This document shows, piece by piece, positions 57,071 through 64,000 of a DNA stretch of 64,000 bases. The notes beneath the pieces are model-generated. The model saw only the letters and a program-made list of their open reading frames with translations. It was not told the origin of the DNA and did not search any database. The DNA is from an uncultured Bacilli bacterium. GTDB taxonomy: Bacteria; Bacillota_I; Bacilli_A; RF39; UBA660. Positions within the stretch are counted from its first letter, which is position 1. Each line of letters begins with the position of its first letter. The position numbers and the translations under genes were made by a program. Location of the stretch: contig CANRDU010000003.1 of NCBI GenBank assembly GCA_947629445.1, positions 582-64,581 of the forward strand. The letters run 5' to 3'.

Positions 57071-57730
57071 ATGAAAATATTAGTAGTAGATGATGAAGAA
57101 TTAATCCGTAAGGTCATTCGAGAATATCTAGAAAATTCTTCCTATGAAGTAGAAGAAGCTTGTGATGGAGAAGAGGCTATTGAATGTATTAAAAAGAAAA
57201 ACATTGATTTGATGATTCTAGATATTATGATGCCTAAAAAAGATGGATATGAAACGTTAAAAGAATTAAAAAATATTCGTTCCCTTCCTGTCATTGCGTT
57301 ATCGGCTCGAAAAGAAGAGTACGATAAATTATTAGGATTTGAACTAGGGGTAGACGATTATTTAACAAAACCTTTCTCTCCTCGTGAATTAATGGCAAGA
57401 GTAAAGGCTGTATTACGTAGAAATAAAGAAATGAATTATTATATTCGTAAGGATTTTGTCCTCGATTTTAAAGGCCATTCTTTAAAAATTGAGGAAGAAG
57501 AAGTCAAACTCACCCCAAAAGAGTATGAATTACTCGTCTATTTTATTCAAAATGAACATATCGCGCTCTCTCGGGAACAACTTCTCAATAAAGTATGGGG
57601 TTATGACTTTTACGGAGATGATAGAACTATCGATACCCATATTAAGATGTTACGAAATAACTTAGGAAAGTATCGAGATTGGATTATTACCGTACGAGGA
57701 ATGGGGTATAAATTTGAAAGCGAAGAATAG
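57071..57730 (+). CDS. OmpR-family response regulator
   Basis: ILVVDDE, LDIMMP, DDYLTKPFSPREL, LTPKEYELL, RTIDTHIK, TVRGMGY; start taken as ATG 57071. Confidence 0.96.
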   Translation: MKILVVDDEELIRKVIREYLENSSYEVEEACDGEEAIECIKKKNIDLMILDIMMPKKDGYETLKELKNIRSLPVIALSARKEEYDKLLGFELGVDDYLTKPFSPRELMARVKAVLRRNKEMNYYIRKDFVLDFKGHSLKIEEEEVKLTPKEYELLVYFIQNEHIALSREQLLNKVWGYDFYGDDRTIDTHIKMLRNNLGKYRDWIITVRGMGYKFESEE

Positions 57731-59099
57731 AAGTATCCATACCCAGATTTGGTTCTTTTTCCTCTTATTTTCCATTTTCTTATTATTCTTTATTTGGGTA
57801 ATACAGGTATTATTTTTTGACTCTTATTATGAAATTCACAAGACGAAAGAACTGAAGGATATGGCAGCGAAAGTCAAGGATGGTTATGGGAATGCTGATT
57901 TTTATGACTTTTTAGACGATCTTTCGTACGAGGAAGGCATTTGTATTGATATTGAAAAAAATGGCTATAATGCGTATCGCTCTTTTAGTTTTAATCGTGG
58001 TTGTATGATACCTGGAAAAGTATTTTATAAGAATGATTTTCCAGAGAGTAACGAGGAAGTGAAAGCCTACAAGATTGATAATCCTAAATTTAATAATGAA
58101 ATTTTAGTTTATGGTGTTAAGTTAGATACTAAGACATTTGCTTATGTAAGTGCTTCTATTGAACCATTAGATTCCGCAACTGTTTTGCTCCGTAAACAAT
58201 TTATTATTATTTCTCTTTTTGCTTTAGGTTTAGCGGTTTTAGTAAGTTATGTACTATCCAAACAAATATCGAAGCCCATTGAAGAATTAAGCAAAAAAGC
58301 AAGTAATATTTCACAAGGAGATCATCAAGTTGCTTTCTCTTCTGATACGAATATTCGGGAAATTCAACAGTTAGAAACGAGTTTAAATGAGATGCATGGA
58401 GAATTTGAAAAGACTGAAGAACTCCGTAGAGATTTAATGGCAAATGTCAGTCATGATTTAAAGACTCCATTAACGATGATTCGTGCTTATGCGGAGATGG
58501 TGCGTGACTTAACGTATAAAAATAAAAAGAAAAGAGAAGAAAATTTAAATGTTATCGTAGAAGAAACAGAACGTTTAAGCAATCTTGTGGATGATATTTT
58601 AACACTTTCTAGTTTACAATCAGAGTCCGTTGAATTAGAAGATACTACTTTTTCTATTCATGATATGATTGTCTCTACGATTCAAAAATATGAAGTATTA
58701 TTAGAAAAAGAAGGATATCATTTCCATTATGAAGGAAAAGAAGTACTTGTGTTTGCAGATAAAAAGCGAACAGAACAAGTCATTTATAATATCATTAACA
58801 ACGCAATTAATTATACTGGGGATGATAAGAATATATATATTCGACTACTAGAAAATAAAGATACTGTGCGAATTGAAATAGAAGATACTGGAAAAGGAAT
58901 CTCAGAAGAGGAAAAAAAGCATATTTGGACGAAGTATTATCACTCCTCTAAGCAGCACAAACGAAATAGGGTAGGAACGGGTTTAGGACTTGCGATTGTA
59001 AAGAATATTTTAGACAATTATCATCTTCCATATGGCATAGAATCTAAAGATAAAAACGGAACTATTTTCTATTTCGAACTAAAAAAAGGAAACAAGTAA
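57714..59099 (+). CDS. Sensor histidine kinase (HAMP-HisKA-HATPase)
   Basis: 2 TM, ANVSHDLKTPL, NAINY, DTGKGI, GTGLGLAIV. Confidence 0.96.
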   Translation: MKAKNRSIHTQIWFFFLLFSIFLLFFIWVIQVLFFDSYYEIHKTKELKDMAAKVKDGYGNADFYDFLDDLSYEEGICIDIEKNGYNAYRSFSFNRGCMIPGKVFYKNDFPESNEEVKAYKIDNPKFNNEILVYGVKLDTKTFAYVSASIEPLDSATVLLRKQFIIISLFALGLAVLVSYVLSKQISKPIEELSKKASNISQGDHQVAFSSDTNIREIQQLETSLNEMHGEFEKTEELRRDLMANVSHDLKTPLTMIRAYAEMVRDLTYKNKKKREENLNVIVEETERLSNLVDDILTLSSLQSESVELEDTTFSIHDMIVSTIQKYEVLLEKEGYHFHYEGKEVLVFADKKRTEQVIYNIINNAINYTGDDKNIYIRLLENKDTVRIEIEDTGKGISEEEKKHIWTKYYHSSKQHKRNRVGTGLGLAIVKNILDNYHLPYGIESKDKNGTIFYFELKKGNK

Positions 59100-59160
59100 T
59101 TCTACTTGTTTTTTTGTCTTTAGTTGTGATACAATAAGTATGTTGAATAGGAGAGTTCTT

Positions 59161-59517
59161 ATGTCAGAAAAAGGTTTTTCATTAGTAGAATTAATCGGTG
59201 TTCTCGTACTTCTTTCTGTAATTGTCTTGGTAGCCTTTCCTAATATTTTAACAGCTATTCAAGGAACAAATCAAAAAATAGAAGAAGCAACGGAACAATT
59301 ATTGATTGCGAATGCAAAAAGTTATATTAATGATACGCTACCAGGTAGGAGTGGTTGCGTGAATGTTTCTACCCTCGTCGAAGAAGGATATACGGAAACA
59401 CCAATTGCAAATTCTGATAGTACAAAATCTCAAGAAATACAGAATTCTTGGAGTGTTCATTACGATTGGGATAATGGTAAATATGTAAATTTCACTTTGA
59501 GGGATTCTTCATGTTAG
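59161..59517 (+). CDS. Type IV pilin / prepilin-type protein
   Basis: MSEKG/FSLVELIGVLVLL; two Cys, one terminal; start taken as ATG 59161 after AGGAG. Confidence 0.87.
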   Translation: MSEKGFSLVELIGVLVLLSVIVLVAFPNILTAIQGTNQKIEEATEQLLIANAKSYINDTLPGRSGCVNVSTLVEEGYTETPIANSDSTKSQEIQNSWSVHYDWDNGKYVNFTLRDSSC

Positions 59518-60185
59518 AACGTTTGGAATTACTGATAGGAAAAGAAAATTTAGTCAAACTGCGCAATGTGAGAGTCTTAGTAATTGGTGTTGGTGGAGTT
59601 GGCGGATATGCAGTCGAAGCTTTAGCTCGTTCTGGGATAGGATCTTTGGTATTAGTAGATCCAGATGTCGTAGAAGAATCCAATGTGAATAGGCAGTTAG
59701 TCGCTCTTTCTAGTACCATTGGTCAAAAGAAAGTGGATGTATTAAAAAGTCGTGTTCAAGATATAGGATTAGATACGAATGTAGATGTATTTTACGATTA
59801 TGTTACTGAAGAGAATATTGACTTTTATCTAAATGATGTTGATTTTATTGTAGATGCTTGCGATTCTGCCATGACGAAATTAGCTATCATGAAAAAGAGT
59901 TTAGAAGGTAGCATTCCTTTAATTTCTTGTATGGGTACAGGTAACAAGATGGATCCATCTAGACTTACCATTACAGAACTTTCCAAAACCAATTATGATC
60001 CGCTTGCTAAAAAATTGCGAAAATTGGTACGTGACTTTCATTTAAAAGGAAAAATAATGGTAGTATCTAGCAAGGAAGAAAAGAGAAAAAAAGGAGAACG
60101 AATCATCCCTTCTAATGCATTTGTTCCCGGAAGTGCCGGACTTTTATGTGCCAGCTATGTTATTAATCAAATCATAAGTAGGTGA
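59511..60185 (+). CDS. tcdA: tRNA threonylcarbamoyladenosine dehydratase (ThiF family)
   Basis: GVGGVGG, SNVNRQ, DACD, MGTGNKMDP, DPLAKKLRK. Confidence 0.9.
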   Translation: MLERLELLIGKENLVKLRNVRVLVIGVGGVGGYAVEALARSGIGSLVLVDPDVVEESNVNRQLVALSSTIGQKKVDVLKSRVQDIGLDTNVDVFYDYVTEENIDFYLNDVDFIVDACDSAMTKLAIMKKSLEGSIPLISCMGTGNKMDPSRLTITELSKTNYDPLAKKLRKLVRDFHLKGKIMVVSSKEEKRKKGERIIPSNAFVPGSAGLLCASYVINQIISR

Positions 60186-60188
60186 TGT

Positions 60189-60725
60189 ATGCAAAAGTTA
60201 GCGGAAATTGTCAAAACATTTAAAGGAGAAGTATTGTGCATTGGTGTTGAAGATACCAGTATCTTAAAAGCATTATCGCATAATAATCAAGTAAATGTTT
60301 TTACATTAGACCGAAAAATATCGACAGGACTTTTTTTTAAAAAGAAAAAAGTCAAAACCAAAAGTGGTAAAAAAGTAAACATGACAAAAATGCGAAAATC
60401 TTTCAAAAAGAAATCTATTGATTATATGGTTTGCGATATCAATTCTATCTATGATTATTTTAAATATTTTATTTACGATAGTGTAGTAATTAATAAGAAA
60501 AAATTGTATTTATATGGGTATTCAAAATATTTAGACCCTAATACCTTAGCAAAAAGATTTGAAAGATATCATGCGAAAGTAGAAGTATCCTCTCAGGGAA
60601 ATCAATTTCTCCTTATTATTGATAATGAAAATAGTAAGGGCAATTGGTTAAAAGCAAAATGGTATATTTTAGTGGATAGTTTCCACAATTTAGGAGATTT
60701 AATATCAACAGCATTAACTAGTTAG
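60189..60725 (+). CDS. Hypothetical protein, possibly degenerate class I methyltransferase fold
   Basis: VLCIG, FTLD, SIDYMVCD strand pattern; weak. Confidence 0.5.
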   Translation: MQKLAEIVKTFKGEVLCIGVEDTSILKALSHNNQVNVFTLDRKISTGLFFKKKKVKTKSGKKVNMTKMRKSFKKKSIDYMVCDINSIYDYFKYFIYDSVVINKKKLYLYGYSKYLDPNTLAKRFERYHAKVEVSSQGNQFLLIIDNENSKGNWLKAKWYILVDSFHNLGDLISTALTS

Positions 60726-60735
60726 AAGGTGGAAT

Positions 60736-61458
60736 ATGAAAATTATTGTGAGTGATTTTGATGGAACTTTATTTGGTGATCAATTTGAGGAAAACAGAAA
60801 AGCCATTAATGATTTTGTTCATCGCGGCAATATGTTTGTTATTGCAACTGGAAGAGCTATGAATTACCTTGCTGAAGATTTAAGCATGGTAGATTTAGAA
60901 TGTGATTATTATATATGTAATGACGGTGGTGTTATTTTTGACAAATATTTTAACGTTTTATTTCGAAAAGATATCCGTCAAGAACTTGTTCGACCTATTT
61001 ATTATTCTCTAAAAGATAATGATAATATGTTAGAAGTTTTTATCGATACCAGTCATGGATATGTAACGGATGCTAGTAAATGTGCAAATGGTATTATAGC
61101 GCGCCCTTATAATAAGGAAGAGGCTATGATTACTTTGGAAACTATTTTAAGAAAGTATCCAGATGTCAATGGCTATATGAGTACGAATTGGATTAATTTA
61201 TTTGATAAATCGGTTTCTAAGAAAAATGCGATTGATTATCTAGTAAGTACGTATCATTATAACCCGAAAGATATCTATACGATTGGCGATGGACTTAACG
61301 ATTTCGACATGATTGAGGCTTATCAAGGCTATACCGTTGCGGATAGTAAAGATGATCTTCTTAGTGTTTCTAGAGGAACTGTCCATAGCATCAAAGAATT
61401 AATCGATTTAATAGAAGAAGAAAATGAAGAAGAAGTAGAATTGGAAGAAGAATGGTAA
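60736..61458 (+). CDS. HAD-IIB (Cof-like) hydrolase
   Basis: SDFDGTL, ATGR, IGDGLNDFDM. Confidence 0.92.
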   Translation: MKIIVSDFDGTLFGDQFEENRKAINDFVHRGNMFVIATGRAMNYLAEDLSMVDLECDYYICNDGGVIFDKYFNVLFRKDIRQELVRPIYYSLKDNDNMLEVFIDTSHGYVTDASKCANGIIARPYNKEEAMITLETILRKYPDVNGYMSTNWINLFDKSVSKKNAIDYLVSTYHYNPKDIYTIGDGLNDFDMIEAYQGYTVADSKDDLLSVSRGTVHSIKELIDLIEEENEEEVELEEEW

Positions 61459-61520
61459 TCATTCTTTTTTTTGACATATTTTTTCCTTCCTTTGTATTAT
61501 AAATAATAAGGAGGTATCTT

Positions 61521-62387
61521 ATGGCAAAACATTTTCATTCTAAACGTAAACTGCGAAAAAAGTGGCTAATAGAATACATCTGTTTATTCTTATTTGCTTA
61601 TTTTACCATTAAATTATGTATCTATTTATTGGTAGATATCAATCCTGCTTCTTTATTAGAAATTGAAAATGTAGGAGGAGAAATTTATCAAAAATTTCAA
61701 AAGTATACCGTGAATAATCCCATCTATCTGTTAAATTATGAAGGGAGTCCCAAAAAATTACTTCCCGTAAGTATCGAAACGCCATCTTCAGAGGGAGGAA
61801 AAAGAATTTATCTTTATAGTACCCATGATGATGAGGCTTATGCATCCAAAGAATCGATATTAGATGCATCCGAGTATTTAAAGGAGGGATTAGAGAAAGA
61901 AAATATTACAGTTATCAAAGAAAATGGTAGTATTTCTGAATTTTTAAAAATGCATAACTATAATTATCAAGCTAGTTATGTTGCGAGTCGCTATTTTATT
62001 GAATCAGAGCTTTCAAAAGCATCCTACGATTTAATTATTGATCTTCATAGAGATGCGATTAATAAAGAATCATCTACTACGGTGATTAACGGAAAGAATT
62101 GTGCTCGGATTTTATTTGTAGTAGGAAAAGAGCATGACCACTATCAAGCCAATTATGATTTAGCATACACTCTTCATAACATTGTACAAGAAAAATATGA
62201 AAAGTTAAGTAGGGGAGTACTACTACAAAGTGGACCAAAAGTAAATGGTATCTATAATCAAGATTTATCCCCTAATATGATTTTATTGGAACTTGGTGGA
62301 AATAAAAATACTTATGAAGAAGTAAAAAATACAATTGATTTGATTGTACCGTTAATAGGAGAATATTTAAATGGAAAGAAAATATAA
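61521..62387 (+). CDS. spoIIP: Stage II sporulation protein P (shortened)
   Basis: TM, YLYSTHDDEAY, IDLHRDA, SRGV, YNQDLSPN..LLELGG..NT. Confidence 0.9.
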   Translation: MAKHFHSKRKLRKKWLIEYICLFLFAYFTIKLCIYLLVDINPASLLEIENVGGEIYQKFQKYTVNNPIYLLNYEGSPKKLLPVSIETPSSEGGKRIYLYSTHDDEAYASKESILDASEYLKEGLEKENITVIKENGSISEFLKMHNYNYQASYVASRYFIESELSKASYDLIIDLHRDAINKESSTTVINGKNCARILFVVGKEHDHYQANYDLAYTLHNIVQEKYEKLSRGVLLQSGPKVNGIYNQDLSPNMILLELGGNKNTYEEVKNTIDLIVPLIGEYLNGKKI

Positions 62388-62697
62388 AATATTTCGTTGG
62401 ACGTTTTTTCTACTTTTTATTACGTTTTTAACCCTTTATTTTTCACAGTTAACAGGCTATTATGAATTTCAGAATTATCAGAAGATGACTATGACACAAG
62501 AACAAATTAAACAATTTGAACAAGATGTTCGTGAAGGAAAAGAAGTCGATATTAAAGATTATGTTGTCAATCGGGAAAGAAACTATAAAAATCGTTTTTC
62601 TAACTTAGGCCTTAAAATCTCTACGGGTGTTAGTACCATTATTAAAAAGAGCGTTATTAAGGTATTTGGTACAATATCTGGTTTCGTCTCTGGTTAA
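62371..62697 (+). CDS. Membrane protein, YqxA-like
   Basis: Follows spoIIP as yqxA does in Bacillus; N-terminal TM and NRFSNLG..IS C-terminal helix. Confidence 0.5.
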   Translation: MERKYKIFRWTFFLLFITFLTLYFSQLTGYYEFQNYQKMTMTQEQIKQFEQDVREGKEVDIKDYVVNRERNYKNRFSNLGLKISTGVSTIIKKSVIKVFGTISGFVSG

Positions 62698-62725
62698 AAT
62701 GTGATATAATGAACATGGTGATAGT

Positions 62726-63124
62726 ATGTTATTAAAACGTTCTAAATGGTGGTTGTGGCTTATTTTGTGTTTCGCAACGTCTGGGCTTTGTCTTTTCTTT
62801 TTAGCAGATATCTTAGGAGAAGTAGAAGAAGATGCTTGGTATATGCAAGGACGATATTGGCTTTTAGGACTCCTTTGTTTTGTTTTCCCTTTTATTATTA
62901 TGTTAGTGGTCTTTGCTATTCAAATGGCATGTCTTGTGGCAGCAAAGCTAGAAGTTCCCTTAAAGGAAGTTTATTTATCTCCCTTTATATGGATTCTATT
63001 CCTTATTGTCCCTATTATTGGTTGGATTTTATTCCCACTCTTCATTCTTTATTTATATATTGCTATTTTTGTCTCCCTTGCTCATGGTGAGGCTGAAAAT
63101 TTCATAGAGGAAAAAGAAGAGTAA
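62726..63124 (+). CDS. Hypothetical membrane protein
   Basis: Hydrophobic 132-aa ORF with GGTGAT RBS and own TGATATAAT promoter. Confidence 0.7.
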   Translation: MLLKRSKWWLWLILCFATSGLCLFFLADILGEVEEDAWYMQGRYWLLGLLCFVFPFIIMLVVFAIQMACLVAAKLEVPLKEVYLSPFIWILFLIVPIIGWILFPLFILYLYIAIFVSLAHGEAENFIEEKEE

Positions 63125-63208
63125 AAGCATAGGTTTTCTATAAAAATAGAGTATCTTCATATTCTATTTTTTTTGGTTCTATGTTAAAATATTACTAGGT
63201 GATTTGAG

Positions 63209-63628
63209 ATGGAATCTTTAACCAGAAGTGAACTTAGAAAAAAGATTATGACAATTCTCTATCAAATAGGAGTTTATAAGAGCAATAAAATTGAATATGA
63301 TGTAGATAAAGTAATTGCTAGTTCTATAGAAATAGATAATGAGTTTGTGAAAAACTGTGTTTATGGGGTAATTACAAATGAAAAAGATATTGATGCCCTT
63401 GCCAATAAATATTTAAATAAATGGACGATTAATCGTTTGGGATTTACTGATCAAGCTATCTTAAGATTAGGAATCTATGAACTCATGTATACGGATACAC
63501 CAGAGGTAGTCGCTATCAATGAAGCGATTGAGTTAGCAAAAGACTATAGTGATGATGATGTACGTAAGATGATTAATGGCGTTTTAGACAAGGTATATCA
63601 CGAAAAGGTGGATCATGAATCAAAATAG
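63209..63628 (+). CDS. nusB: Transcription antitermination factor NusB
   Basis: W...RL...[27 protein letters not shown]. Confidence 0.97.
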   Translation: MESLTRSELRKKIMTILYQIGVYKSNKIEYDVDKVIASSIEIDNEFVKNCVYGVITNEKDIDALANKYLNKWTINRLGFTDQAILRLGIYELMYTDTPEVVAINEAIELAKDYSDDDVRKMINGVLDKVYHEKVDHESK

Positions 63629-64000
63629 TGCGAGATATTTAACCGTAACCGCTATTAATCGATATTTAAAAGACCAATTTGATCGTAATGAACATTTACG
63701 CTCTGTTTTTTTAAAGGGTGAGATTTCTAATTTTAAAGGACATACGACAGGTCATTTATATTTTTCTTTAAAGGATGAAAATAGCAAGATTAACGCTATT
63801 ATGTTTAGTAGAAATGCGGCTAAATTAAATTTTAAGCCAGTAGATGGTACCAAGGTATTAGTATCTGGGCGTATTGGCATTTATGAAGCAACTGGAAGTT
63901 ATCAAATTTATGTAGAGGATATGCAAGAAGATGGTTTAGGAAACTTGTATATAGCCTTTGAAAAATTGAAAGAACAACTTTCTAAAGAAGGATTGTTTGA
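63615..64000 (+). CDS. xseA: Exodeoxyribonuclease VII large subunit (partial, runs off the window)
   Basis: Translated by hand: [12 protein letters not shown]...[25 protein letters not shown]...GSYQIYV; follows nusB. Confidence 0.95.
   Translation, partial: MNQNSARYLTVTAINRYLKDQFDRNEHLRSVFLKGEISNFKGHTTGHLYFSLKDENSKINAIMFSRNAAKLNFKPVDGTKVLVSGRIGIYEATGSYQIYVEDMQEDGLGNLYIAFEKLKEQLSKEGLF

Noticed and set aside
62746-63090. Alternate-frame ORF inside 62726-63124
   Set aside because: The 62726 frame has the promoter, RBS and a coherent TM pattern
1-64000. CRISPR arrays, tRNA/rRNA genes, IS elements, integrases, prophage genes
   Set aside because: None recognised by eye; most intergenic spaces are short and explained by terminators and promoters

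Overview
Low-GC, gene-dense chromosomal segment from a Bacillota (class Bacilli) genome. Peptidoglycan/dcw genes, a partial sporulation set (spoIIGA, sigE, spoIIP, yjcZ-like), dispersed type IV pilins, a short AlaRS and broken-up conserved operons suggest a streamlined uncultured gut lineage such as RF39; this is inference only. Most of the window is housekeeping: obgE, rimM-trmD, rpsB-tsf, uvrC, murG-murB-divIB-ftsA-ftsZ, rpsO-pnp, sufCDS, mutL, proS-frr, cmk-alaS, queH, nusB-xseA. I saw no CRISPR array, rRNA, tRNA, transposase or prophage. Main candidates for novelty: (1) a stand-alone radical SAM/SPASM enzyme fused to a split MazG-like NTP pyrophosphohydrolase (11637-13298); (2) an unannotated structured sRNA of about 125 nt with an anti-Shine-Dalgarno loop, whose promoter shares 11-bp-period boxes with the adjacent OmpR-family two-component operon (56849-57052); (3) a surface operon encoding a secreted protein of about 1590 aa with eight DxDG repeats; (4) an S2-Rho_N fusion; (5) a transglutaminase-like protein with an apparent Cys-to-Ser change. 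All calls come from reading the sequence; no database search was run.
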